A stretch of 64,000 nt of DNA, taken from NCBI GenBank assembly GCA_964543385.1, contig CAZIYE010000002.1, positions 64,034 to 128,033 of the forward strand. Direction: 5' to 3'. Positions 1 to 9,396 of the stretch are shown here, in pieces. Origin of the DNA: an uncultured Candidatus Saccharibacteria bacterium. GTDB taxonomy: Bacteria; Patescibacteriota; UBA1384; XYA2-FULL-43-10; 1-14-0-10-43-13. The notes below the pieces were generated by a model that saw nothing but the letters and a program-made list of their open reading frames with translations, was not told the origin of the DNA and did no database searches. Position 1 is the stretch's first letter, and every line of letters begins with the position of its first letter. Position numbers and translations under genes: made by a program.

Positions 1-288
1 TTAGAATCACAACAAATCACATCAGGTACACTGGCCTATGCTTTGGGAGCGGGAAAGGCCTGTATTTCAACGCCATATGTGTACGCTACAGAAGTTCTAG
101 CGTCTAATCGCGGTTGTCTTGTACCTTTTAAAAACAGTGACAAAATATTTGAAAAAGTATCACTACTGCTCTCAAATAATAAACTAAGAGAGAGGCTATC
201 AAAAAGGGGATATGATTATAGCAGAAACATGCTCTGGAAAAATGTAGCAATGCATCATTTGGATTTATTTTCTAATTCTTTCAAGTGA
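1..288 (+). CDS. glycosyltransferase family 4 (GT-B fold), C-terminal fragment; gene starts upstream of window
   Basis: Frame is open from base 1 to the stop at 286-288. The translation (...GAGKACISTPYVYATEVLASNRGCLVPF...RERLSKRGYDY...) resembles the C-terminal donor-binding half of GT4 enzymes. Confidence 0.55.
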   Translation, partial: LESQQITSGTLAYALGAGKACISTPYVYATEVLASNRGCLVPFKNSDKIFEKVSLLLSNNKLRERLSKRGYDYSRNMLWKNVAMHHLDLFSNSFK

Positions 289-400
289 TAGTAGCAATAT
301 TCAAATGTTATATTAAAAGATAACATCTTTTGTCAAGAAGTCACAAAGAAATGGTAGTATGAAATGCTTAAAATTATATTAACTAATTGACGGAGACTTT

Positions 401-529
401 ATGACAACAAAGACAGAGCAAAAAAAGGAAAAAGAAACTAAGGGTCGCGGCTGGCATGGCGATTCTACGGGCCACGCCAAAGCAGGCCGCCTGGGTGGCA
501 AAGCGAGGGCAAAGAAGAAGGATAAATAA
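401..529 (+). CDS. small KGG-repeat stress-induced protein (42 aa)
   Basis: ATG at 401 follows GGAG at 393-396. Product MTTKTEQKKEKETKGRGWHGDSTGHAKAGRLGGKARAKKKDK carries the GxHG/KGG motifs of the stress-induced KGG repeat family. Codons are GC-rich, unlike the flanks. It is below the ORF-track size cutoff and was translated by hand. Confidence 0.5.
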   Translation: MTTKTEQKKEKETKGRGWHGDSTGHAKAGRLGGKARAKKKDK

Positions 530-652
530 TTTTTTATAGCTAGGATAATGCGCTGAATATTTTTTATCTTTGTAAGTATTGACAAATGGTAAAAAATAAG
601 TTAGATTATTTTAACTTTAGAAATAAATACAAATTTAAAAACCTGAAAGGAA

Positions 653-1819
653 GTGATGGTATTCGCAGAATCTCTTGGGAGGGAGGTTGGCACTTATATT
701 AAGAATTTACTCAATAAGGAAGTTTGTATTGTAGATGGAAAGGGCCAATGTGTTGCATCTCCCAACGATGTTCTAAATGGCAAAACTGTAAATCTGCCAG
801 GATTTGTCAATGATTTGAGCTCTCCTAAAGATTATATGGATAATGGTCAGAGTAAAATAATTATTCCTCTACGCTATCAGTCTAAAAATGTAGCTTATAT
901 ACTTTTCGACGGTGATTCTAACGAGGTAAAAAACTATTCACTTCTAGTAAAAAGTTTTGCCGAGTTGCTTGTACAACAATATTATGAAAACAATAAACCT
1001 ATTCTTGACCCTACTGATAATTTCATTATAGAACTTTTTGAGAATTATAGTCCTAGCGACAAGGCAAAACATGAGGCTGAGGCGAGAGTGCTGGGTTATG
1101 ATCTATCCAAAAAAAGATTAGCTATTTCTATCTATTTAGAGGGATTTTGGGATAACTGTCTTCTGGATTTAGATCAAGCTAGCTTTGAGCGTGATCAAAT
1201 AATAAAAAACTGGAAAAGAAATTTAGAGCAATCCATAAATAGTTTTTTCACTAAGAATGCAGATCTTCTTATAGCCTATGTGGGAAATGATAGGTTTGTC
1301 ATATTCAAATCAGTCGATGGAAGCGATGAAGAATCAGTCAAAAAACTGCTTAAGAAATCATACAAATCTATTTTTGATACTCTTAAAAATCATAGGATCA
1401 AGAATATTACAGTTGGATTTGGTAATGCCTATCAATACATTGATGGTTTAATTAGATCCCGTCGAGAAGCCGATTTGACGTTGGAGCTTGGTCAGAGAAT
1501 TTGGGGCGATGGACAAAGTTATTACTTTGGTGAACTAGGACTACTTTCAATTCTTGGCGATGGAGATAGAGAAAAGAAAGTTGAGTTCTCGGATACTCTG
1601 CTGACAAAATTGAAAAATGATGAGTTAAATAAGACACTCGAATCTTTCTTTGAAAACAATCTCAATCTGACAGAAACCGCGGAGCAGATGGGAATTCACA
1701 GAAATACTGTCATATATCGCTTAAATCAGATCACAAAGGTCCTGGGCGCAGATCCTAGAGTTTTTGAACAGGCTATGTCAATCAAAATCGCTCTTATTAT
1801 ACGTGGCCTATTTGGCTAA
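653..1819 (+). CDS. CdaR/PucR-family transcriptional regulator (sugar diacid regulator-like)
   Basis: 388-aa ORF with a C-terminal PucR-type HTH (LNLTETAEQMGIHRNTVIYRLNQITKVLGADP). An N-terminal CdaR-like sensor region precedes it. Confidence 0.6.
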   Translation: MMVFAESLGREVGTYIKNLLNKEVCIVDGKGQCVASPNDVLNGKTVNLPGFVNDLSSPKDYMDNGQSKIIIPLRYQSKNVAYILFDGDSNEVKNYSLLVKSFAELLVQQYYENNKPILDPTDNFIIELFENYSPSDKAKHEAEARVLGYDLSKKRLAISIYLEGFWDNCLLDLDQASFERDQIIKNWKRNLEQSINSFFTKNADLLIAYVGNDRFVIFKSVDGSDEESVKKLLKKSYKSIFDTLKNHRIKNITVGFGNAYQYIDGLIRSRREADLTLELGQRIWGDGQSYYFGELGLLSILGDGDREKKVEFSDTLLTKLKNDELNKTLESFFENNLNLTETAEQMGIHRNTVIYRLNQITKVLGADPRVFEQAMSIKIALIIRGLFG

Positions 1820-1926
1820 GATTTTTAAATCTCTGTAGGGGCAAAAAGAGATATATATTCAAAATACCACCAGAGATTATTCTAGGTGGCATTTTGAATA
1901 TATGGTCTTGTTGTGTTGCTGTTCGG

Positions 1927-3834
1927 CTATCTTGAATTTGCGCTTCGTATGTACCATTCTAATCCAGCCCAACCAATTAATAGGATAGCCGGGATTATCA
2001 GGAAGGAAAAATTATTTTGTTTCGGACTGACAGGATCCATTGGAGTATTAGTCATTGCTATAGTAGTGATCTTATTGTCTGTATTACTGCTTTCAAATAT
2101 CTGTTTATCTATTTTACCGTTCTGCGTGACCCTTTCATTTATATCAGTTTTTCTCTTCGTATTAGTTCTGATTTTCTCTTCACTATTTATATTAATTTGG
2201 CTTTTTCCTACTACACCCGACAGGACTTTCTCTGTTACAACGGGCGTGAAGGTGGAGGCATCATCCTCTTTCTTTATTTTATTTGATAAGTTACCATGCC
2301 AATTGCCAAAGATATTGATTATTTTTAGAGTCATCGTACCTGCTTTGTCAGATAAGCTATTCATAATATTAACAACATTTGAATATAGATCGATACTGCC
2401 GGTTTTAATATTACCAACAGCAGTGTTATTGCTTATGGTGTTTGTTCCGGTATTGGCATATATTTTAACATTATTGTTAGTATCAACATGATTATCTTGC
2501 AATAGATTTACGGTATTTGATGATTCGATTGCGTTTGCGTTAGTTGAGTCTGATCCAGTCGTATCATTAGCCAAATCTGACTTTGTTTCCAGAGAACCAA
2601 ATCCGATTGGGGGAGCGTTTGATCCTCCTCCTAGAAATGCCATTGGATTTGCTCCTACTCGGTTGATAATGAAATTGCCGGAGTCGACAAGATCAATTGC
2701 ATCACCGACCCACTCGCCAAAAACATTAATAATATGTAGGGTTCCGGAATCATTGTTGAGCCAATCAATATTGTTGCTATTAATATCTGTGCCGCCGGTC
2801 ATAATATTGCCAGTAACTGTATTGGTAGAGATATCGTTTTTTCCAGTATTGGTGGTATATTCGAGTGAATTAATAACATTAATATTATTGCTGTGCTCGA
2901 TATTTATTTCAGTGCTACTACCAATATTGTTGTAATCATATGAGGAGTCTCCAGAACTATTACTTCCTGCCCTTGGGATTATAATATCAGCATCTAAATC
3001 GTTCAGAACATTAATTACACCAACTGACATAATCATATTAGGGTTTACAAAATTTTGCAGATTGATGAGATTTGTAGCAAGACTTATGTCCCCGGTTGTG
3101 ATATCTCCGACCTTTGTGTTCTGATCTACATTATTGAGTCCGGTATTGGCATTAATAATTAAATCATTATTTGTACCAGCGTTATTATTATCCAAGATAC
3201 CTATGACATTATTTTGATCAAGTGTATTAATATTGAGTGAATCATTGCCAGTTGTACCGTTGTAAAGATTACTCTGCCCTTGAAGTGGAATCGATGTTCC
3301 ATACATTGCATTATTAGTTAAATCTAGATTCGTCAATCCAGATCCATCGATAGTAGAAGCTGAAACTTGAGATCCTTCTGCAAATTGACTGTTCGAAATG
3401 TTAACAAAGGTGAGGCCTGCATCAATTTCGCCAGTTTCAATCGATCCAACAATAGAATTGTTTCCGATCTGGTTAGCTCCAGAGTTTAGGGCGATATTAG
3501 CATTGTTGCTAGACGCTATATTAGTATTGTTGTTTTGGCTTATAGCGTTAATATTTTCGGAGTCAGGGCCGGTATTATAATTAGTTTCGGATATGTTTTC
3601 ACTTACTGTGGACGTATTGTCTATGGGCACAGTAGTAGTTTCTTCTATTCTGCCAGTTACCATCTCCGGTCCTGTGATAATCTGGACTCCAGTTGGCACT
3701 TGTGGACCGACATCTCCTAAAGTGCCTCTTGTGCTGTCTTCAGCATGAGATAGCCCGTAGGGCAGAAAAGTAAAAAACATCATCAAAATAATGCTGAATG
3801 TTTTTTTTGCGGCTATTAATATAGTTTTTTTCAC
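1927..3834 (-). CDS. secreted Asn/Thr/Gly-rich repeat surface protein with C-terminal transmembrane anchor
   Basis: 635 aa with an N-terminal signal peptide (MKKTILIAAKKTFSIILMMFFTFLPYGLSHA). Long arrays of N-x-NTG-x-N...VG(D/N)I-x-TG-x-I repeats follow. The C-terminus is hydrophobic with a basic tail (FLIIPAILLIGWAGLEWYIRSANSR). Paralogous to 3925..4806. Confidence 0.6.
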   Translation of the reverse strand: MKKTILIAAKKTFSIILMMFFTFLPYGLSHAEDSTRGTLGDVGPQVPTGVQIITGPEMVTGRIEETTTVPIDNTSTVSENISETNYNTGPDSENINAISQNNNTNIASSNNANIALNSGANQIGNNSIVGSIETGEIDAGLTFVNISNSQFAEGSQVSASTIDGSGLTNLDLTNNAMYGTSIPLQGQSNLYNGTTGNDSLNINTLDQNNVIGILDNNNAGTNNDLIINANTGLNNVDQNTKVGDITTGDISLATNLINLQNFVNPNMIMSVGVINVLNDLDADIIIPRAGSNSSGDSSYDYNNIGSSTEINIEHSNNINVINSLEYTTNTGKNDISTNTVTGNIMTGGTDINSNNIDWLNNDSGTLHIINVFGEWVGDAIDLVDSGNFIINRVGANPMAFLGGGSNAPPIGFGSLETKSDLANDTTGSDSTNANAIESSNTVNLLQDNHVDTNNNVKIYANTGTNTISNNTAVGNIKTGSIDLYSNVVNIMNSLSDKAGTMTLKIINIFGNWHGNLSNKIKKEDDASTFTPVVTEKVLSGVVGKSQININSEEKIRTNTKRKTDINERVTQNGKIDKQIFESSNTDNKITTIAMTNTPMDPVSPKQNNFSFLIIPAILLIGWAGLEWYIRSANSR

Positions 3835-3924
3835 ATTTACTCCATCCTTTTAAGTATTGATGGAATTGGGGAGATAGTCCCCAAATCCTCATCAATACTT
3901 GATTAATAACAAGTTTTTATTTTG

Positions 3925-4806
3925 TTAATTAGCCTGATTTACACCAGTAATATTGATACGAACAGAACCGGTTTCAATATCACCAACACTTGTGTTACAC
4001 CCTATATGGTTATTTCCAGTGTTTGTATTGATATTATAATCATTGTTAATATCGGCACGATTGTTAATATCGACATTAACATCTGTCTGAGCATTGATCA
4101 CATTCTCATTCTCTGAGTTTGGACCAGTGGTATCGTTTGTGAAATCGGCAGATATGCTATTGCCTGCTATGTTGCCAAGGTCAATCATAGAAGTATTTCC
4201 ATTAGCAACATTTTTAATATCGGACGAAATATTAATATCACCTGTCGCTATATTCCCCACTACTGTGTTGTTCTCAACTTCATTACTACCAGTATTTGAG
4301 TCGAAGTCGATATCATTTGAGATGTTTGTAAGATTGTCAACCTCGATATTTACGTTACGGTCAAAATTAATTATATTTTCATTTTCTGAGTTGTAGCCAG
4401 TGAATTCATTGCTTCCGGTAAAGTCAAGCGAGCCAAAGAGATCGCTAAAATCCCAATTGACAGAATTACCATCATTTAACTGGTTGTCAAAATTAAGATC
4501 AGCTATAACATCACCAGTTTGATAATCTTCAACTATCGTGTTGTTTTCGATTTCACCATTGCCTGTCTCAACGCTGACGTCGGCATCATTATTAAGAACG
4601 GAATTATTATCTACGCTGATATCGTAGTCCATATCGGAGTTTTGTTCCGATATATTCTCTGAGTTTGGACCAGTTATGTCATTTGAGAAATCGGAATTGA
4701 CGTTAGCGTAGGCAAGTCCAGTTCCCACTAATAAGACAAGGGCAGAAATTGCGGCAAACGAACGAGCTAGAGTTAAAAATTTTTTGTTCATTTTTTTCCT
4801 TTTCAT
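3925..4806 (-). CDS. secreted Asn/Thr/Gly-rich repeat protein (paralog of 1927..3834, no C-terminal anchor)
   Basis: 293 aa with a signal peptide (MKRKKMNKKFLTLARSFAAISALVLLVGTGLAYA). It carries the same NTG...VG.I.TGDI repeat units as the neighbour. Confidence 0.6.
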   Translation of the reverse strand: MKRKKMNKKFLTLARSFAAISALVLLVGTGLAYANVNSDFSNDITGPNSENISEQNSDMDYDISVDNNSVLNNDADVSVETGNGEIENNTIVEDYQTGDVIADLNFDNQLNDGNSVNWDFSDLFGSLDFTGSNEFTGYNSENENIINFDRNVNIEVDNLTNISNDIDFDSNTGSNEVENNTVVGNIATGDINISSDIKNVANGNTSMIDLGNIAGNSISADFTNDTTGPNSENENVINAQTDVNVDINNRADINNDYNINTNTGNNHIGCNTSVGDIETGSVRINITGVNQAN

Positions 4807-5045
4807 AAAATTTAATTTAATTCACGAACTTTTGTGTATGTTTGTTTGTACACAGGTGGATTAATATATGCCCCCGTGTATCGACCTTCTTTCATTCTAG
4901 TATCGAAAAAGAACTTTCCTACATCATATTCCGACAAATCGAAATGATTAAAGAAAAGTTAATTTGATATTTTTCATAATTAAATAGCACCCCTTTAGGT
5001 GCTAGAAATAGTTTATTAAACAAAGTGAAAATCTAAAAGCAAAGG

Positions 5046-5462
5046 ATGCAAATGAAAAATTGGCGACTCATATTAATAATCGTGATAGTAGTTCTCTTTA
5101 TTGGGGCTTCATTCGTTCTTTTTGCTAAGAAAGGATTAGTATTCTCGGGAAAAAATAATCAAGAAAATATAAGACAAGCTATTTTTCTTGCAAACGGACA
5201 AGTTTATTTTGGGGAAGTAGAAACAGAAAATAACAGATACCTAATCGTCAGAAGTATCTACTATTTAAAGGCGCAGGATCAACTAGATGCAAACAATCCG
5301 GACAAAAAGATTTCGATTATTAAACTAGGTGATGAGCTTCACGGTCCAGAGGACAAAATGTATATTAACAGGACTCAGGTTTTGTTTTATGAAAACATGA
5401 GAAAAGACTCAAAAATAAATGAAGCTATTAACAGGTTCATCGAAAATAAAAATAAAATATAA
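5046..5462 (+). CDS. hypothetical membrane-anchored protein
   Basis: 138-aa ORF with a single N-terminal TM helix (LILIIVIVVLFIGASFVLFA). No recognisable domain. Confidence 0.4.
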   Translation: MQMKNWRLILIIVIVVLFIGASFVLFAKKGLVFSGKNNQENIRQAIFLANGQVYFGEVETENNRYLIVRSIYYLKAQDQLDANNPDKKISIIKLGDELHGPEDKMYINRTQVLFYENMRKDSKINEAINRFIENKNKI

Positions 5463-5486
5463 GATTCTCTTTATCTTAGATATATT

Positions 5487-5870
5487 CTAGACAATTTCTC
5501 TGATTTTGTTCACTACATCCTCGGGAGTATTGAGAGATTTTACCATATAACCTTTTGCTCCCAGAGATATTGCCAGCTTTGTATCGCTATCTACGGATTC
5601 GCTGCCAACATTTGTTAGCACGAGTACGGGTATATTTTTTGTTGAATTATCGTCCTTTAGCTTTTTGAGTATTTCGAACCCATTAATATTGGGAAGCAAA
5701 ACGTCTAAAAGAATGATATCGGCACCTTCGCGTGCCCTTTGCATAGCAATTCTTCCATCAGTAACAGTCAGAACGCGGAATCCTTCATTTTTTAATTTTT
5801 CCTTATACATTTCTACTAGAGATTGATCATCTTCAATCAATATCACTGTTTTTTTCTTTGCTTTTTCCAT
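5487..5870 (-). CDS. single-domain response regulator (CheY-like receiver)
   Basis: 127 aa with receiver-domain hallmarks: an acidic pocket (ILIEDD) and a phospho-acceptor Asp (IILLDVLLP). It lies immediately downstream of the sensor kinase on the same strand. Confidence 0.8.
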   Translation of the reverse strand: MEKAKKKTVILIEDDQSLVEMYKEKLKNEGFRVLTVTDGRIAMQRAREGADIILLDVLLPNINGFEILKKLKDDNSTKNIPVLVLTNVGSESVDSDTKLAISLGAKGYMVKSLNTPEDVVNKIREIV

Positions 5871-5887
5871 CTTTGTTCCTTTATTAT

Positions 5888-8065
5888 TTATTTTATAAAT
5901 GAGGGCAGAGTTATGTGAAATGTTGTACCTTTATTTTTCTCACTCTCGACCCAAATATCTCCTTGTTGCTTGTTAATTAATTTTTTGGCGATAAATAATC
6001 CCAATCCAGTACCACCTGCCTTGATCGATAATTTATTTGGGATTCTTACAAATCTATCAAATATCGTTTGGATATGTTCTTTTCCAATGCCAACACCCGA
6101 ATCCTTTATAGAAATTATTACTTGGTCATCATTCTTACCGATGGTAATATTAACTTCTCCTTTATCATTCGTATATTTTATGGCATTATCAACAATATTT
6201 TCAATGGCATGCTTTGTTTTAATTTTATCTGCGTAAATAAGAGTAGATTTCTTCTTGGTGAAAATTATATTGATAGACTTTGCTTTGGCCTTTGACCCTA
6301 GATTATCAAGAACTTCTAATATGAGTTTATTCACATCAAAGCTTTGTACATTCAGGGCAACCCTATCTTCTTCTATTCTTAATGTTTCCAATACATCTTC
6401 TACAAGATGGGTCAATCTCTCAGTCGACATATATGCTCTGGTAAAATACTTCTCCTGCATGTTGTTTAATTTTCCAGCGTCACCATGTAGTATCATGCTC
6501 AAATAGCCAGCTATAGAGGTTAAAGGTGTTCTTAGTTCGTGAGCAGTTGTAGTTATAAATTCATTTTTAATTTGTATAAGGTTTTTTTCTTTTGAGATAT
6601 TACGTAAAACAATAATAATATTCTTACTTATATGAGTGTTGGACTGTAAGGAGGAAAAAGATGCATTTAGCCATATTTTTTTACCAAATTTATCTGTCAT
6701 TTCTTCTTCAATAGCCGTATCTTTTGCTTTGTTGACGCTCTTAAAGAAACTATCGATAATAACAGATATTTTTGCAAGCCCTAAGCTATTTAGAAATATA
6801 TCGTGATAGTCTAGAGCGATAGTATCATGAGCTGAAAGATGGGTGATTTCTTCTATGTATCTATTCCAGATAATGATTTTTCCTTCTTCATTTATTACAG
6901 CAACTCCGTCATTAACATTAGTAATTACTTTATCTAGAAGCTCACGCTCAGCTTCTGATTGGCAAAAGAGCCGGCTATTCTCAATTGCAAGACCGATCAT
7001 GCCAGCTAGTATCTGCAAGAATTGAACTTCGGATTCTGAAAATTGCTTAACTCTTTCATAACTAACTGATAAAACCCCTATTAATTTCTCATTTGGCATA
7101 ATCGGTATGCAGACAATGCTACCTTCCTTGTCTTTCCCTAGATATGCTTTACTTTTTTTCGTGTCTTCTACAATAATTGTCTGCTTCTTTTCGGCGCAAA
7201 GTCCGGCGATGCCCTGACCATTTTTAAAACTCTTGAAATTTTTTGGTACTGATTCTCCATCAGATCTTTTAATCGCTTTGATTATGATCTCTGAAGAGGA
7301 ATTATTTATTAGCCCAATACTTGCAGTATTTGAATTAAAGGCTGCTAATGTTTCATTCACGGCTGAATTTAAAATGGTATCCAAATTTCTAACCTTGAAT
7401 AAAGCTTTTGATAAGTGATATATTAAATCACTTTTCTTATCAAGGAGATAGGAAGGACTAATAGTTTTTGTAATCAAATTATTTTCTGAAACAAGATTTA
7501 CTTTTGTTTGTTTTTTGCCTTTTATAACTACATTTTCGATCAAGTATCTAACAGGAACTGTTAAATTAAGATTAAGGGCTTCTCTCGGTGTAAACCAATT
7601 ATAACCATCACTTTCTGAGCTAAGAAAAACCTCGACATCCTTTGGCATCTCGAAGCTAAATAAATACCATTCATGGATATCAACACCATAACGACAACGG
7701 TCACCTTTGATCTCCCCCTTATAAATAAGCTCTACTTCTGGGATGATTATGCCTGTCTCTTCGAGTATTTCTCTGCCCAAACTTTCGATAGGGGTTTCTC
7801 CCTCTTCAAGATGACCACCTGGCGTTGCCCAGCAATATGGATACATCCGTCTTTTTATAAGTAGAATTTTTCCATTATGCCAAATAATAGCTCCTGCCCC
7901 TGCATGCTTTATTCCTTCTGGGGTGTTCAACTCTACTACTGGTCTCGAAGTATTATTAGCTCTTTGGGAGATAGTCATACAAGAATGACAGTAGTAATAA
8001 TGCCTACCTTTTTTGTTAACTTCTGTAATTTGTTCGCTCTCACATTTTGGGCAATAAAATTTCAT
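5888..8065 (-). CDS. multidomain sensor histidine kinase: Zn-ribbon + Nudix hydrolase + GAF + PAS + HisKA + HATPase_c
   Basis: 725 aa. N-terminal CPKC...CHSC zinc ribbon. Nudix box GGHLEEGETPIESLGREILEETGI. A GAF-like region and a PAS-like region. H-box HELRTPLTSIAGY. G-boxes DSGVGIG and GGTGLGLFIAKKL. Confidence 0.8.
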   Translation of the reverse strand: MKFYCPKCESEQITEVNKKGRHYYYCHSCMTISQRANNTSRPVVELNTPEGIKHAGAGAIIWHNGKILLIKRRMYPYCWATPGGHLEEGETPIESLGREILEETGIIIPEVELIYKGEIKGDRCRYGVDIHEWYLFSFEMPKDVEVFLSSESDGYNWFTPREALNLNLTVPVRYLIENVVIKGKKQTKVNLVSENNLITKTISPSYLLDKKSDLIYHLSKALFKVRNLDTILNSAVNETLAAFNSNTASIGLINNSSSEIIIKAIKRSDGESVPKNFKSFKNGQGIAGLCAEKKQTIIVEDTKKSKAYLGKDKEGSIVCIPIMPNEKLIGVLSVSYERVKQFSESEVQFLQILAGMIGLAIENSRLFCQSEAERELLDKVITNVNDGVAVINEEGKIIIWNRYIEEITHLSAHDTIALDYHDIFLNSLGLAKISVIIDSFFKSVNKAKDTAIEEEMTDKFGKKIWLNASFSSLQSNTHISKNIIIVLRNISKEKNLIQIKNEFITTTAHELRTPLTSIAGYLSMILHGDAGKLNNMQEKYFTRAYMSTERLTHLVEDVLETLRIEEDRVALNVQSFDVNKLILEVLDNLGSKAKAKSINIIFTKKKSTLIYADKIKTKHAIENIVDNAIKYTNDKGEVNITIGKNDDQVIISIKDSGVGIGKEHIQTIFDRFVRIPNKLSIKAGGTGLGLFIAKKLINKQQGDIWVESEKNKGTTFHITLPSFIK

Positions 8066-8279
8066 GGTAACTAATAACTATTTATAAATGTAATATCTAG
8101 TTTAATTGTAAATCAAACGCATTTTTATATGAAAATATAATAATAAACTTAGTTTACACATATTTTTTTGTACATTATCACAAACAAATCCTATTGACAT
8201 TCCAATGTATATATTATACAATATAAAGTTCTTATTGTCAATAATGGCAATAGAACAAATGCAAAAGGAGGCTACTGTG

Positions 8280-9146
8280 ATGCGTGACCACGATTCTTTG
8301 TCGGACATAATAGCAGTAAATCGTGCAGTAAGAGACAACATAATCGATGAAGCCCCTGACTACCGGGCTCGGATATTGCCAGATCCCTTGAGGTTCACTA
8401 TCGAACAAATTCTGGTAGGGATTGAAAAGTTTGTGGTGTTCCTGGGCGATGGTCCAGGGGCTGGCCGCACCTTTTTCATGGAGCAACTTATGACTCGGTA
8501 TCCCGATCAAATCGGTATATTGCCGCTTCATATGACGCGTGCCAGAAGGAATGGTGAAATCGAGGGAATCCATGGCCATTTCATGGGTCCTAAGAGCAAG
8601 CAGGCATTTCGTCATCTAGAGGAGTCTGATTTCTTCTTTCTCTCCTTTCAACTGGGGATTGCAAAAAGAAAGAAGCTTGCTGGAATTTCAATGCATGACA
8701 TGAGTTGTGCAATAGATTCAAGCAAGATTTGGCTCATCGATATGCCAGCTTACGCGATACCCCGGTTCTCTGGGGTATTCAACAGGACAAGGATAGTCCT
8801 GGTCACTGCTCCGCCGGTTGATCATTTGCGAAATCTGCGTCGTCGTGGTTTCTCAGATAGTCAGCTTGCCGATTGCTATTGGCAGAATGAGATTGGCACA
8901 TGCGAGCCAGTGACCCTTCCCCCGGTACAGCCGATCGTTAATAAGCGGTGTCGTACTGAGGCAAATATGGAGCTGCTTCGGGAATTCGTTCTCGACAGCA
9001 CGCTTCCTAGCACCCATTCTCCTCCCTGCTTGAGCGGGGAGGAGAATGAATCAAATTATATTGGCCCCGAAAAACGGAGGCCTTTTTTTGGAGAGCGATA
9101 TAAATTTATTGGCTTTTCATTGTATGTTATCCAAAATTCAGCATAG
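8280..9146 (+). CDS. guanylate-kinase-like protein with degenerate P-loop (GDGPGAGRT)
   Basis: RBS AAAGGAGG lies 8 nt upstream of the ATG at 8280; the ORF track begins at 8205. P-loop-like FLGDGPGAGRTFF has Arg in place of Lys. LVTAPPVDHLRNLRRRG resembles the guanylate kinase lid (PPS..EL..RLRGRG). GC is about 50% against a roughly 33% background. Confidence 0.45.
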   Translation: MRDHDSLSDIIAVNRAVRDNIIDEAPDYRARILPDPLRFTIEQILVGIEKFVVFLGDGPGAGRTFFMEQLMTRYPDQIGILPLHMTRARRNGEIEGIHGHFMGPKSKQAFRHLEESDFFFLSFQLGIAKRKKLAGISMHDMSCAIDSSKIWLIDMPAYAIPRFSGVFNRTRIVLVTAPPVDHLRNLRRRGFSDSQLADCYWQNEIGTCEPVTLPPVQPIVNKRCRTEANMELLREFVLDSTLPSTHSPPCLSGEENESNYIGPEKRRPFFGERYKFIGFSLYVIQNSA

Positions 9147-9343
9147 TATTTGTAGCCGTCAAGGTCCTTATTAACATAATAATCAATATTTGTACCAAAG
9201 TATAAGGATGATGATGGTGTCTACCAGAATATTTAAATTATTATTGAAGCTTTTTCTGCATATATATAATATGTGGCTGGTAGTGAAATTCTTGAAAATA
9301 GTTCTAAATAAAAATGGTCATTGTTTATTGTTCGATGCTAAAT

Positions 9344-9372
9344 AAAATAGAGAAGGGAACCTTCTCTATTTT
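9344..9372. terminator. bidirectional rho-independent terminator hairpin downstream of rplT
   Basis: Perfect stem aaaatagagaagg / ccttctctatttt around a 3-nt loop. It is flanked by A-runs and T-runs. Confidence 0.5.
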
Positions 9373-9396
9373 ATTTATTCAAGCGTAAAAATAGTT

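Noticed and set aside
1913-3720. Multiple plus-strand ORFs (60-192 aa) antisense to the 635-aa surface protein gene
   Set aside because: Their products are low-complexity and hydrophobic or Ile/Leu-rich, arising from the complement of Asn/Thr/Gly-rich repeats. None has an RBS or a recognisable domain, and the long minus-strand gene has a signal peptide and coherent repeats.
8102-8615. Minus-strand ORFs 8102..8341 and 8238..8615 overlapping the GK-like gene
   Set aside because: They are antisense to a gene with a clear RBS and kinase-like motifs, they lack start context, and they show GC-rich antisense frame bias.
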